Source: Podarcis bocagei
Lineage: Eukaryota
DNA length: 64,000 nucleotides
Strand: one strand, 5' to 3'
Assembly (NCBI GenBank): GCA_964188305.1
Contig: OZ076886.1
The notes under the pieces are model-generated. The model searched no databases. It saw only the letters and a program-made list of their open reading frames with translations, and was not told the DNA's origin. The position numbers and the translations under genes were made by a program. Shown piece by piece: positions 36,492 to 50,449 of the stretch (position 1 is the first letter of the stretch; every line of letters begins with the position of its first letter).

Positions 36492-39221
36492 TACTATGGT
36501 GGTGAGATGAACTTGGGTGCACTTCAGTCTCTATGGAGCTCCACTCTCCAACCTTCCCATCAAATCTTATTGTAAGATTTCATTATGCCATTAGAGCTCA
36601 ACATCCTGGAGGCTTCAAACACCACATTTTTTTCATTCCAGAAGTGAAGAAAGGACCTCAAATTTAGAAGAAACTAGAAGCTCGTCAACTTTTCATACCT
36701 AGCATCAAACATACATGCCACCATAAGTTTAGATGCCAATAATCTCCAGTTTGCCATTTTGTACTGGGAAAAGAAGCACAGCAGAATGAAAGTGAACCTT
36801 AGAAGGGTAACACTCTTACTGGAGTTCTTCCTTCTGGAATGAAGAACCACTGATTTAAATGTCAAAAAAGGAGACTATGTAAAGACAGGCAGAGCTTCTG
36901 TTTGTACTTCAACAGCTGAAGTATTACCAGCATGCAAAAATCAACTCTTTTTGCATCCTAAAATTTCCTTTAAAGTTTTTGCCAGCTCTCGGTTAATGCC
37001 TGTGCTGTCCGTATAAATCTTAGGATGCTGCTCTTTTTAAATGCACAGCTCTTGCTGCTGTTGCTGTGGAGACTGAGAAGTTGTCCCTCCCCATAGCAAG
37101 CAAATACCGTACATTTCTCCATGAAGTGGGAGCCTGCACTAGGCACTATGATTTGCTGTTTCACAGGAGCAGAACACAGGATCAGGGTGTGGATTTTATG
37201 GCACCCAATGCTCGTCATTTCCCCCTGAGCCCCTTCATTCAGAGCACCCTTCTCCAACCTTGCACTCTCTAAATGTTTTTGCCTGCTATACACATAGCCA
37301 GTCATGGACTCAGGGTTGGTGGGAGCTGTTGCAAAAAGCTTCGATTCATCATTCTCAGGATTTTGATGTCTGTCCCCTAACCCTGCCTAATTTCTCTCTT
37401 ATTGGTTTTCCACAAAAAGGGCATGTGCCTGTTACAGTACATTTGACAATTTTTTGGTCATCAAGGCTAAGCAAAAAGACTTTCATTGACCAAAGGAAAT
37501 CTTACAAGCATTTGGGGAAATAGTGACAGTCATGGGACCCAAACCACCGTCAACTTTCATGACATCATAAATCCTGCAGACTTGACCCCAGTTTACACTG
37601 CCGTGATCACAACTGGGGATTTGAGCTGTACAGAAAGGTGGGGGTTTTTTGGGGGGGTCTACTACATACGTATAGAACTTAACATTGAAAATAAACACTA
37701 ATGGTTATAGCCACTTACAAATCTTATTAAGAACATAACTAGCATGTTGCACCCCCATTAATGATGGTGTAACACAGTACCCCAAACAGAACTCATGAGA
37801 TACCACCATCATTCTGGTACTTAAGGCACTTTTGAACATGGAGGGCTATTGGCCAACAATATTTACATCACAACACCAGTCTCTCATATCTATCATGTTA
37901 AAAGCCCTAGCTTTTTAACATGGGTTCCTTGGGTGTGGGCCAGGGCTTTTCATGTTTCCCTGGCAGCTGTCAAGTCGTCAGAGTAACATGGGTACTGAGC
38001 CCAAGTGCACACAATGTGTAACCAAGCATGTTGCATGAGAAGTATGCTGCTTGTGGTGAGGAGAACTGCATTATCTTCCTGCAACCAAAAACTGGGTGCA
38101 TGGGCAAGATTCTTACCACCACAGGAATGAATACTGCAGTCGACTGATTCTCCTTATGTACACTGTAAGGTAAAAGGTTCTCAAACACCCTTGGTTAGAT
38201 GGCTGACCCTTTGGTATAATGGCAGAAGCTAACAGAAATACAAATAGCATTTTGTCTCACCAGAAGTTTACAAGGGATGAAGCATATTTCACAATTTTGC
38301 ATTGGCTGTTATGCCTTTTCATAATACATTATTACATAGGCACTATAGTACAAGAAATGGGACCACTATCAGAATTGTCCTCTTGATACACACTGGCACT
38401 GTAAGACAGTTGCCGCACTATCAGGGCAATAGGTTAATGGGTTAACTTCATCCACTTTTAAGCAGAACAACTTAATAACAGCGGAAGACCAAAAAGGCAC
38501 TAAAGGGTAGTATGCATAGGCAGAAAGACGCATGCAATATTGTCCCAGTGAAATTGTTCCCTCTTTAGCATACAGATGAGGCAATTGCATGATGGTGCAA
38601 CCACCCTTCATCAGGAATTGTCAGGCAACAACAGAAAGCTAGTTGTCTGGGAAAAGAGTCCTAGCATAGCTTGATATCTGATCTAATTGGCTCATCAGAA
38701 GAATGCCTTAAGTTATTTTCTGTTAACGCTTTCAGTAGAGGACTGAGTACTCAGGGTTGAAAAAGGCCACAAGAACTTTCCCAGAAGTTTCACAGGTCAT
38801 GGACTTCAAATCTGAATGCTCTTCGTAGCCTCACAGCACCTCAGTATAGCCTCTCAGGGGAACATCACATTGGAGGAAACAACGTCATGCAAAGGGGCCA
38901 AGAAGCAACTTCAACCACAGATGGAACCAATCCCCCCTCCACTCCCAAATGATTAATGAAAACCTGCTTGTCTGAGGCAGGCACAGTCAAAGCAGTCAAG
39001 GCAATTCCAGAGTGTGGGGTGTGCAGTGACATTCCAAAGGATGGGAGGAAAGGGTTACTGAGACAAAACATGAGACAGCTAGTTCACGGTATTCAACTTG
39101 GTTGCTATTTCTCAGAAGATGCGTATGCGTACCCGTTAATGCAAAATATAGCACATGCCTGTATTACCTACACACAGTTCAATCCAAGTTCCTGCAGCTG
39201 CAGGATTGTTGCTATTAGGTT

Positions 39222-39826
39222 TCAGCTGTAGATCATGAATACTTTGGGTTTGTTGTCAGCCTTGATTTCTGGATTATCCAGCTCTATCAGGATGTTCTTG
39301 TCGTCCTTGACGGCTGGGGCCTCGTCAGCATTTTGAAGGGTTTGTGGCAGGTTCCTCAAACTGATGTCCATATCTTTGAAGGCATGGAGTAAAAAGACCC
39401 CTAAAATAATGGTGAGGAACCCGCAGACTGTCCCAATGATGTCCACCACAGACATGGTGACCCACTCCTTAAAGAGGATGACTGAAGTGGTGATGACAAT
39501 GGTGGTAAACAGCACGTAGTAGATGGGGAAAACCATAGAGGTGTTGAAAATGTCCAGAGCTTTGTTGAGGTAGTTGATTTGGGTGGTGATAGAGGCCACT
39601 AATGTGAGGACAAGAATCCAGGTGAGTGGGTCCTTAAGAACAGGCCAGTGAGCGAAAAAGCCCTTAATGGCAATGCCTAGTCCTTTGACTGAAGATACTG
39701 AGAATGCTCCAATCACAGAACAGATGGTGAGGTAGATGAGAATGTTGGTCTGGCCGTAACGTGGGGCGAGGAAGAAAATCAGAACCAGGCAGACCGCCAA
39801 CAGAATGCTGGCATAAGCAAGGAAAC
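39222..39826 (-). CDS. NIPAL4: NIPAL4 exon 6 (last), [32 protein letters not shown]...KVFMIYS-stop
   Basis: Acceptor tttcattattccag; 605 nt to TGA; NIPA-family multi-TM Mg2+ transporter motifs ([20 protein letters not shown]). Confidence 0.96.
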
Positions 39827-40674
39827 CTGGAATAATGAAAAGAAGGGGGGTGAGGAATTCATCACCAGGTTGCGGCAGTTTTATGAGGAGCAGAGTATAA
39901 GTTGTGGCAAGGCGGTAACACACCACTAACAGGTATAAGGAGTTCAACTGATCAACCAATAGAATCCTAGCTGTAAGAAATGAGAACTATTCCACCTAAA
40001 CAAATGGAACTAGGCGAGGTGAGTCTGCCAAAAGGACTGACACAAAATGCAGAAAATAAGCACACATAAAGGCGGGATCCAGGGAAAGACATGTGCACGA
40101 GCTCTAATTCATGCACCTGCATATGTACTCAGAAGACCTATTTGGACATCTGCCTGAACAAGGTCTTAGAATGGAGGTGGTTCCCTCTCAACGCGGCCCT
40201 CCAGATGTGGCTCCCATCATCCCTGACCCCTGCCACTGCTGGTTGAGTACAACAACACCTAGAGGGCCACAGGTTAACAATTCATAACTTAAAATCATGG
40301 GAGGGCATCATGCGCCCAACATCACTAGGCACACAGGTTCCTCTTTAGACCACTGTGTGTTTTAGTGCAAAGAGTCTGAAGAGGGTTTCAAAGTGAGCTC
40401 TCCACATTTCACTTGCCCTTGCGTGTCCAATTTGGCAATGGGGCATGAGAGATCTGTGAAGGGGGCAATGTTTCCAGGAAACAGCAGCAGCAGTGCAAAG
40501 ACATTTCAGGGGATGGCACTGAACCACAATGCTCACAAATAGGATGACAGCCATACTGGGGATTCAAAACTGAAGTGCCATGCCACTGCCATCCCACTTG
40601 AACAAGGGATTCAGATAATAAGCTACATTTATAGCTGGTTGGTGATACCTTTAACCTTCTGCTTTTCTGGTTAC

Positions 40675-40835
40675 CTGGCTCTTTCAGTTTAGAGGCCATT
40701 TCGTCCAGAGTGGTGACCTCCTCTTCTTCTGGAGCATGAATCACAAGAACTGTACTACCCACAATGCTCAGCATGCAACCAAGTTTGCCCAGGAGATTCA
40801 GCCGCTCTCCAAGCAGGTACGAGGACAAAATGGCA
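40675..40835 (-). CDS. NIPAL4: NIPAL4 exon 5, [40 protein letters not shown]...KEP
   Basis: Acceptor tacccag, donor gtaacc; 161 nt. Confidence 0.96.
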
Positions 40836-41728
40836 CTGGGTAATAGGGGAGAAAAATCAATAAAATTGCTTTGGGGTAATCAACACACAGAAAACTAACA
40901 AGAAGTCAGAATACATGGTTGTCTCATTAATAACAGCCTTCTACAGAACTTTGGAAACTTCTTTCAGTGACAAACAGAGAGGCATGTGCGATATTTGGAC
41001 ACTTTAAATCAGAACCAATCATCTAACTGACAATGGGCATGTTCAGATGCTCATATCTTAGCTTAATAAGCTGATATACTGATGAGCTTTGGGGACTCTC
41101 ATGCAACCGGTTTGCTCCTCCAATCATATTCTAGCTGCCATGTGTATCAGTTGATGAGGAGCACAGAGACGAAAGAGGGGAGCAACTCCACCCACACATC
41201 CCTTCCTAGCAGCCCTAACGCCCTTGAGGTTCATAGGGCACTGGGAAGAGGAAAACACTCGCTGTAACTTATTGACTGATTTCCAGCCCTGAGATTAATA
41301 TTTAAGGGGTGCTGCTGCAATGCGTCAGGCTGCCACCACCACTTTGCACCCAAAGGGAGTTCATCCTTTGGGACCACTACTTTGGTGTTTCCACAACTCC
41401 CATCAGCTCCAGTTAGAATGCCCAATGGTCGAGAATGACTGGAATTTCAGTCCAAAACATCTGGAGGGCACCAGGTTGCTCGTTGCTGTTTTAAATGCAC
41501 TCATTTAAAGTCATTAAAGTCACCCGTGTGTCAAAAAGTACCATGCAAGATCTGCTTTTGGGGGGGGGGGGTTAGACAGCCAGGCTGAAGCAAATGTTTG
41601 GCTTCTGTGTACTGGTAGAAAGTTATCAGGCTATTTTTCTGTTTGCATGGCCAGTCATGTTACTACCACTGACATTTACAGACCTAGAATAAATATGGGA
41701 GGACAGAATAGAAACGAGAGGAAATCAC

Positions 41729-41819
41729 CTTATGAGCACGCTCAGGGCTCCGAGCGGAGTAACAATTGTTGCAGGAGCAAAGGCATAGGCGGCAAAGTTG
41801 GCAGCTTCTCCTCCACCCA
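41729..41819 (-). CDS. NIPAL4: NIPAL4 exon 4, (M)[29 protein letters not shown]
   Basis: Acceptor tgctcag, donor gtgatt; 91 nt; NIPA signature [11 protein letters not shown]. Confidence 0.96.
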
Positions 41820-42254
41820 CTGAGCAAACAGCCAAAGGATAAACAGAACAGGTAAATTACAATGAGTGTTATTCCTGCTCAAGTGTTCTTGCTAATTTTG
41901 TTTGCATTCAGTGCATAGTTTGGCCCAGTGAAAAAGAGCACTGGAGTTAAAAACCAGGAGAAAGATGGTTTTACACCAATCACTGTGGTGTTTTCATTTT
42001 TTTTAACAAGAAAAGGCATCTTAAGAGTCATGTTGTAGATTCAAGGAACTCCGTGCAAAAAGTATTGACCAAATATCTCCTGAGTAATGGATCAGAATCC
42101 AATATGGTGGCAGATGTGCCTAGCCAATTTTAGAAAATGGACCCAATCCTAGCAAACCAGACAATGCTAAAATGACTGATCACCGCCTTGGGTCAGTAGC
42201 TTCCAAAACCTTGGAGTACCTTTAAGAGTGTCATAAGCTTTCATGGACTAGATA

Positions 42255-42492
42255 CAGGGGTCAACAAACTTTTTCAGCAGGGGGCTGGTCCACTGTCCCT
42301 CAGACCTTGTGGGGGGCTGGACTATATTTTTTGGGGAAAATATGAACTATGTCCCACAAATAACCCAGAGGTTATTTAAAAGGACACTTTCTACTCATGT
42401 AAAAACACGCTGATTCCCGGACCATCCGCGGGCCAGATTTAGAAGGCAATTGGGGTGGATACGGCCCCCGGGCCTTAGTTTGCCTGCCCATG
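42255..42492. mobile_element. hAT (Charlie-like) non-autonomous element
   Basis: caggggtcaacaaact ... agtttgcctgcccatg; flanked by gactaga on both sides. Confidence 0.7.
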
Positions 42493-42761
42493 GACTAGAA
42501 TCTGCTTCCAAGTCCTTCTGAAGTGGACTCTAGCCCATGAAAGCTGATGCCAGGGGCAGCAACAACGTAGCCTCCTACATCTCCCACCACCCATCTCCCT
42601 CTGACCAGTGGCCAAACTGGGGTGGATGTGAGTTGCAGTTGCAGTTCAGAACATATGAAAGGCACCAGGCTGCTTACTGCTGGCTTATTCCATAAGGTGC
42701 CTTGAGGCTATTTTTTGTTTTTGGCCAGCAAACATCTCTACTGAGGAGTGAATCATTTATA

Positions 42762-43868
42762 CAGTGGTACCCCGCAAGACGAACGCCTCGCGAGACGAAA
42801 AACTCGCAAAACGAAAGGTTTTTTCGTTTTCGAGTTGCCTCGCAAGACGAATTTCCCTATGGGCTTGCTTCGCAAAACGAAGCTTGCCCCGCAAGCTCTG
42901 GGGACAGCAGGTCTTCCCGCTGTCCCTGGACCTCTTTTGAAGCAAGGGGCGGCGGGGAGAAGCGATCTTCTCCCCACAGCCCCAGGTCCGGGGACAGCGG
43001 GAAGCTTCTTCCCCGCTGTCCCCGGACTTCTTTTGAAGCAAGGGGCTGCGGGGAGATCGCTTCTCCACGCCGCCCCTTGCTTCAAAAGAGGTCCGGGGAC
43101 AGCGGGGACGAAGCGATCTTCTCCCTGCAGCCCCAGGTCCGGGGACAGCGGGAAGCGCTTCCCGCTGTCCCCGGACCTCTTTTGAAGCAAGGGGCGGCGG
43201 GGAGAAGCCTGCCCCCGCCGCCCGGCTTCGGAACGATGCTCCGAAGCCGGGCGGCGGGGCGGGAACACCTTCTGAAGGCGGGCGGGGGGGCGAAAGTCTT
43301 TGCTCCCCCCTGCCTGCCTGTCCCGGAGGGCTTTTGAAGGCAGGCGGGGGGGGGGGAGCAAAGACTTTCGCCCCCCGCCCGCCTTCAGAAGAGGTCCAGG
43401 ACCTCTTCTGAAGGATGGCGGGGGGCGAAAGTCTTTGCTCCCCCCTGCCTGCCTGTCCCGGAGGGCTTTTGAAGGCTGGCGGGGGGCAAAAGTCTTTGTC
43501 CCCCCTGCCTGCCTTCCCAGGGGCTTTTAAATCGCCCCAGACAGCGGAGAAGTCCTCCGCTGTCCCGGGGCGATTTTAAAATGCCGCCCGCCAGCATTTT
43601 AAGATCGCCCGGACAGCGGAGAAGTCCTCCGCTGTCCCGGGGTTTTTTTAAAATGCTGGGGGTGGGAAGAAAAGCCCTTGCCCCCCCAGCCTTCAGAAGA
43701 GGTCCGGGGACAGACTGTCCCCGGACCTGGTCTGAAGGCGGTTTCCCTAGGAACGCATTAATTGATTTTCAATGCATTCCTATGGGAAACCGTGCATCGC
43801 AAGACGAAAAACTCGCAAGACGAAGAGACTTGCGGAACGAATTAATTTCGTCTTGCAAGGCACCACTG
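42762..43868. mobile_element. 1.1 kb Tc1/mariner non-autonomous element with GC-rich repetitive interior
   Basis: TA|cagtggtaccccgcaagacgaa ... ttcgtcttgcaaggcaccactg|TA; internal direct and inverted repeats. Confidence 0.88.
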
Positions 43869-44645
43869 TACTGTGATGAGCAGGGCTGGCCCACCCATGA
43901 GGCAAGGTGAGGCGACCACTCAGGTGGCAGAATCCACAGGGGCAGCAGATCTGGCTTCCAAGGAATGTATCGCCTACTGCTACTGCTGATGTGGCAACAA
44001 CAGCTGTGTCACACTCCTTGGAGGCTGGATCTGCCACTCCTCAGCAGGTCCCCCACCCCATGCCACCTCTACAGCAGCCTCTTGGTGAATAGGGTGCACT
44101 GCTGGTTTCTCACCCGTAGGGAGGAAATGGTGGGGGCTGCCCTATTGGGTCTCTTGGACACAATTCAGAGCGGGACCCTTTACTCCCAATGACAGTCTTT
44201 GATTCCCACTTCAGCTATCATATAAGGTTGATTTGATTCCCCAATTCGTTCCTGATGTAGATCTTAACTCAGCCCTTCTTTCAGGGGGAGGGCACCATTT
44301 TGTGGTTTGCTTCATGTACCAATATGTTTTAGGTTGGCCCTGGTGATGATCATTCCCTCCACCCCAACCTTGGTGATGAGCTCTATACATTCCAGTCCCC
44401 ACAGGGAAGCTGAAGAAAGCTGAATGCATGCTTCATGCAGTGGTGGTAAAGACTGAAAGGCCATCTCCATATAGTTTAGTTTGATCACCTAGACATTTCC
44501 ATGTCATTGTGGGGAAAGGCTCTCAAAGAGCACTGCTAGCATGTGGAAATAGCCTCCACATGGTAGCGGTAGCGAATGAAAAAGAGGGAAAGTGATAAAG
44601 ATTTGATAGGAACAAATCTAGGCTAGTGTGAATAACCATACTTAC

Positions 44646-44702
44646 TGGTCAGCAAGCCAGCCCACCACAGCCAGTCCCTAAGGTAGCCATGGCCACCATC
44701 CC
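44646..44702 (-). CDS. NIPAL4: NIPAL4 exon 3, (G)DGGHGYLRDWLWWAGLLT
   Basis: Acceptor tttcccag, donor gtaagt; 57 nt; NIPA motif GGxGYLxxWxWWAG. Confidence 0.95.
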
Positions 44703-46579
44703 CTGGGAAAGCAAAAGGCAGACATGCTTAGAGACTTCAAAAGGAAATAAGAACCACATACTAGGTAAAATTAAATAGAAACAAAAAGAGATAAAACACA
44801 TGCAAACCAGTGGGCTCTGGGTGCATTTTTAACTTCCTTCCCAGAATGACAATTTATATTTTTAAATATGTGATTGTGATGCTACCCTAATCAAGTATTC
44901 CCCCTCATATGTTTTCCATTGCGTGAGACTGGGAGAGGGGGATGATATCAAGGATGCACTTAAAAGATCCCAGTGCCTCCATTAGGATCCTGCCCCCTGA
45001 CCCTACATGCTTTGCAGTTAAGTGCCTGCAGTTGAGAACCAGCTCTACTTGTGGAAGCTCCCTGCAAATTTGAGGCCCTGATCTAAAAGCTATTTGTCAA
45101 TGCATATCAGTATAGTGACTCCTACCATAGCTAACTGAACATTATTACTATTCATAATAATGATATACTAGTTTTAGAACAAGACACGACACTGAAAAAC
45201 AAGGTAAAAAAAAAGTTGTTGGAAAAACACAGAGCGAGATTATCAGCTGCTACACACAAGAATCCTGATTCCAGTATTTTATTGGAAACCAAAGCAGCTT
45301 AAGACTGAAAATAGGTACTAGCAAAACAGGAAGCACCGCCTATCAATAGATGTCAGACTTTCAGGAATGTTAAAATGCAAGAGAAAGAGGGAGGTACCTA
45401 GATACCATGACAACAAATATGGCCTGAATGCCTAGATGGGCATGAGATTAGATGGGACAGATATAGGGGAAGAGAGTAGAACAGCCAAGTCTAGAAACTC
45501 CATGGTCCTGTAAGAGCTATAGAACCTGTGTGTGCTCTTCGAGTTTATTTCCTTTTAGCAGGGACTGCTGATATTTTTCTAAGAGAAAGAGCTAGTCTGT
45601 TGCCTTCAAGCTTTGCAAAACAGGGGCGTTAAGATATTCACTTGAGAGCCTCCTTGCAAGTGCCTCGCAGTACCACCACCATCCAAGGTAAGACAAGTTA
45701 CTTCCAGAAAAAGAGGCTTCTCGGTGGTGGCAGCCCAGGGTTGGAAGAGGTTTGGCTGGTGATTACTTTATTGTCCTTTCAGTGTCAGAAACTGTTCCCA
45801 AATTTATTAGGTGCCATTTTAACCTTGCTGACTTTTTTGCTGCTTTTATAATTTTGTGGATTTCACATTATTCTATTTTCTCCATTTTTAAAATTCTTTT
45901 GGTAAACCATCCTAGGAAGATTATTGAGTTGAGGTATAAAATAGATTGTGAATGAATGAATGAATGAATGAACCAACCAAAAAATAGATTTAGTTAAATG
46001 CACTTGGGGACCTGCTTCTTCATTTTTATCATATCTGCATGGTGTTGGTGTTGCTGTTGAGACTCACCTTAGGTCAAGCTGTAACAAAGTAGCGCAGAGA
46101 TAAGTTGCCAATGTGGTGCTCTCTCGATGTTGGACTGTAACTCCCATCAGCGCCCACCCAGCATGACCAAAGGTCAGGGTTGAGGCAAGTTGTTGACCAG
46201 CTACCCCTGCCTACCCCTGGTGAACTTCATCTACCAGTTGAAGTTCAGTGGGTTAGATGGAGAAACAGGCACACTCCCTAATGAACTGTGATTGGCTGTA
46301 GTTGCCTCTTCAGGCAAGGATTTGCCTCTATGTAATGTGTAGGCAAAGGCCATCAGAATCCAAAACACTTTGAGGCTCAGAGTCAGATCTCTCAGCAATA
46401 GCCAACATGATACCCTCAAGATGTGGATGACGATTCCTGCCAGCCAGTGGTCAGGACTGATAGGACTTGTGGTCCAAAACATCTGAAGGGTGCCATATTG
46501 GCCAGCCCTGTCTCAGATACAACCACAGCTCATTCAGAAAATAATTCCTCACCCACCTCCTGAGCCATTGAAACCATAC

Positions 46580-46828
46580 CTGCCCTGGTGCCTCCTGTCT
46601 CCACAAGCCGACGCAGTCCTTTTTTCTTAAGGATGACGCTGCTGCCAATCAAGAAGCTGGAGAAGATGGCCAAGGCCAAGCCAATGTAGAAGCCATATTT
46701 GTCTTCTATCTGTACCATCCAGTTTGTGTTTAAGGTGATATTATTGTGGGGTAAGACTGTTGAGCTGACATTCCCAACAACCTGACAGAACGTCTGCCCA
46801 GAAAGGCATGTCAGAGCTAATAATGAAC
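46580..46828 (-). CDS. NIPAL4: NIPAL4 exon 2, [17 protein letters not shown]...[39 protein letters not shown]
   Basis: Acceptor ttcccag, donor gtatgg; 249 nt, open by hand translation. Confidence 0.95.
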
Positions 46829-47718
46829 CTGGGAAGACAAGAAAATGGGAAGAGGGCAGAAATTAAGACTTTAAGCAAATAATACATTTGCTGCCTTTAT
46901 TTTGCGTGCCGTGCTCAAAACATGCCATTATTTAGGTCCTTTGCTTCCTTGAAAGAAGAAAAGAAATGTCCCGCTAGATCACTAGAACATGATTGTTCCT
47001 AGAACATGCACAAGAACACGATTAGCTTTTGCGCTTATTAGATTTCTAACAGTTCCATGAACTAATAGATGTAGTTACTGTATGGATGATGGAAGTAAGG
47101 GAATGATACCTGTTCATCAGAATTCCCTCCTATGAAGAGCCATAGATGTTGCCAAATGAACAAACTGTACAGCTGACATAATGCTGTATGTCTTACAGTC
47201 TGTCTTACAATGTATTGCATCATATAAAGAGAGCATTTCTCAAAATCTCTTTCATACAGTTGTACTGAATCAGTAACATTTCATCACTAACAAATCATTT
47301 ATCAAAAAATATAAAACTGGAAAAACTTGACTGAGCTGCAACTGAGGATAATAACTAACCCCTCTTTTTGCAAATGCAAATAAATCATGATTTCCAGATT
47401 TATATGGGACTATATAACTGGTTGATTCAGACAATCAAATCTCATCTTAATAAACTGAGATATGAACACACCTCTTATCCACCCTGGCAGCCCCTTCTCT
47501 ACCCCCTTCGTGGAGTTTATAATGAACCACAGTTTCCTGTTTCATCTGAACCACGTTACTAGCTTTGGAACAGGATTGGGCAGGAGAACGTCTTGCTAAA
47601 ATCTTAGCTTACTAAGCCAAGACGTGATTGTTCAAATTGTGCCAACAAATGTGCTATCCTTGTTAAAGCAACAACACTGAGAAAGGCTCAAAACTTGTGA
47701 GTTTACCTTTGAAAATGA

Positions 47719-47754
<36 letters not shown>
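47719..47754. repeat. (AATC)9 microsatellite
   Basis: Direct reading. Confidence 0.97.
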
Positions 47755-48439
47755 CTACCTCGGCAAGAACTGAAATAAGTTAACTAAATAAAAGTCAAAG
47801 TCAAACTAAACACTAGTGATACCTGGGTGCCATAGCTCTGAAGTTTGTATGTCACATACATAGTTAACCACAGCCTGCTGAGTCCGCATAAACACAGTCA
47901 CAACAGCAAGATGTTCCCACAGTTGCAAGTATAAGGCCAGTCACACCTGGAATGGCCTGAGCACGATATGAAGAAGGATAAGTGAGTAATTGTTCTGTAG
48001 CCAAGTAGAATACCTGACTTAGGCATGCTTTGTTCACACAAGCTAATAGTGATGCAAGACATCATGTGCTTGTTTGCTTGCCACAGTGGCATAAATGCTT
48101 TGTATTTTGCGTGCTTGATTTTGGAGATATCCTGCCGAGTCTGTGTGCAGCAACTGAGAATAAACTTTTACCTTACCACCCACTGTCTCTTTATTGGCCT
48201 GGGAGGGACAGCGTTTTGGACTTGGTACCGGTAACACTATCATCTTCACATAGGAGAGAATAAAATATTCCCAGTGCAGTCAACATTTTAGATCAGTGGT
48301 GAAGAACTTCAGGCCTGGGGCTGAACGTAGACCTTCAGGCCTCTCTGCCTGGCTTTGGGATCCTTCCCAGCCTGCATCCCTTTATTCCCAGCCTACTGCC
48401 TGGCTGGATGACAGACAGAAGTGGGTGGGTACATATGTA

Positions 48440-48762
48440 TATGTACAAATATATAAAAGGATGTCACATAGAGGAGGGAGAAAGGTTGTTTTCTGCTGCT
48501 CCAGAGAAGCGGACATGGAGCAATGGATCCAAACTACAAGAAAGAAGATTCCACCTAAACATTAGGAAGAACTTCCTGACAGTAAGAGCTGTTCGACAGT
48601 GGAATTTGCTGCCAAGGAGTGTGGTGGAGTCTCCTACTTTGGAGGTCTTTAAGCAGAGGCTTGACAACCATATGTCAGGAGTGCTCTGATGGTGTTTCCT
48701 GCTTGGCAGGGGGTTGGACTCGATGGCCCTTGTGGTCTCTTCCAACTCTATGATTCTATGAT
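48440..48762 (+). mobile_element. CR1 LINE 3' end, 5'-truncated
   Basis: ORF2 C-terminus RFHLNIRKNFLTVRAVRQWNLLPRSVVESPTLEVFKQRLD; tail ctctatgattctatga. Confidence 0.92.
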
Positions 48763-49792
48763 ATGTAGAAACCTTTAACTTTTATTTTAGGAAGGTAAGA
48801 CCTGTTTCCCTACCCATTGTTGCCTCTGGTCCCACCCAGTACCACACACATGAGGCTCATGGAGAATTTGAGCCTTGGGCTGAAGAAGGTTCCCCTCAGG
48901 TTGGATATAAAACCAGAGGGGAAAGAGAAAAGGGGAAAGGAGAATTTTTGGAGCATTGAATTGAAACACGCACTCTCTCTCAACACATACATACGCATAG
49001 ACTGCTCTGCAAATAAAGCATGCAACATAGTTTTAACTGGAACGAACACAGATACAAATCAAGTTTCATCAGTTAATTTTTTTTATCAGCACCCAGATCT
49101 AAGGTGTGTCAGCTAGTGTGGGTGGGGATGGATGAGCCTCTGTGATTCCCAGACTCAAGACACACCCAAGGCACCAATTCATTTATACCATAATACAAGA
49201 CAGGTGGAAACGATTACACCTCTTCCATCTCTACAAAGCCACTCATTACTATAAATATCCTTCTTTTCCGTGACTAAACGGATTATGGATGGTTGAGGTG
49301 CAGAGTACAAACCTTACAACTCAAATAAGGATAGGTTGGGCGAAGATTTCTAAAGGTAAACTGTGGCCAAAGGGCTTGACAGCACCCGATCTCCATGTGT
49401 AGGTTCTACTTTGCCCTCTGGAACAGAAGAGAAAGGAGAAGAAGCAGGTGCTGTCAAAACTTGTCCAGACCTTTTGTTTGAGCTATGCAAAGTGAGTGGC
49501 AGCTAAGGACTCCAATGCTTTGTGGAGGACCTGGGTTAGGGCAGTCTGATACTTGAACTATCAGAAGCAAAGAGGGAGGTGAAACATTCTATAATGTTAC
49601 CAACTGATTAAAAAACGTTGTTTGGCCTGGGCTTATGCCTTTAAAAACAGTATGATAGCAGATATCAGCAGATGACCCTTTTAATGGTCCAGAGATAAAC
49701 ACTATAACCTGCTAATGGCTGCCCCCATCTGAAAAAGTGGGTGGCTAAAAGACAGGAAAAGCCTCATGGTTGTTGCACCTCTGCTATGAAAC

Positions 49793-50449
49793 CATACCCT
49801 CCAAGTGTCCCTATTTTCCAGGTACATCCCTGATTTAGAGAAGCCATCCTGGTTTCTGATTTCATCCTGGAATGTCCTGCAATTCCTTTGTTGTTGTTGT
49901 TTAGTCGTTTAGTCATGTCTGACTCTTTGTGACCCCATGGACCAGAGCACGCCAGACACTCCTGTCTTCCACAGCCTCCCACAGTTTGGTCAAACTCATG
50001 TTAGTAGCTTCGAGAACACTGTCCAACCATCTTGTCCTCTGTTGTCCCCTTCTCCTTGTGCCCTCCATCTTTCCCAGGGCCTTTTCCAGGGACACTTCTC
50101 ATGAGGTGGCAATTCCTTAGGGTGTCCTTATTTTCATTGGAGAAATGTTGGAGGGTAAGAAGTTATCTGGCCCCTGAGGCGTCTGAAGGCAATCCTCTAC
50201 AGTATAGGGAAGGTTTTTAAAAAATGTTTTTAAATGTTTTGATACAGGGTAAGTCTTTTTAAAAGATGCCCCGTGGAACATGTGTACTCTATATCCATGG
50301 GGCCTCTTTTAAAGGACTCACCCTCTATATGTTGGAAGCTGTCCAGAGTGGCTGGGGCAACCCAGTAAGATGTGTGGGGTATAAATAGTAAAAGTATCAG
50401 TGCAGAATGGGATGTCCCTATTTTCATAGGAGAAATGCTGGAGGGTATG
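49793..50449. mobile_element. non-autonomous DNA transposon, TIR CATACCCTCCA, 6-bp TSD, with a nested BovB
   Basis: tgaaac|cataccctcca ... tggagggtatg|tgaaac. Confidence 0.7.
49889..50108 (-). mobile_element. BovB LINE 3' fragment
   Basis: Homologous to 4087-4406; TSD gcaattcctt (49879-49888, 50109-50118). Confidence 0.85.

Noticed and set aside
39827-39959. N-terminal part of the 245-aa ORF
   Set aside because: Intronic sequence upstream of the NIPAL4 exon 6 acceptor.
42702-43910. Long overlapping ORFs (up to 211 aa) on both strands
   Set aside because: They arise from the GC-rich repetitive interior of a MITE; no transposase or other domain is recognisable.
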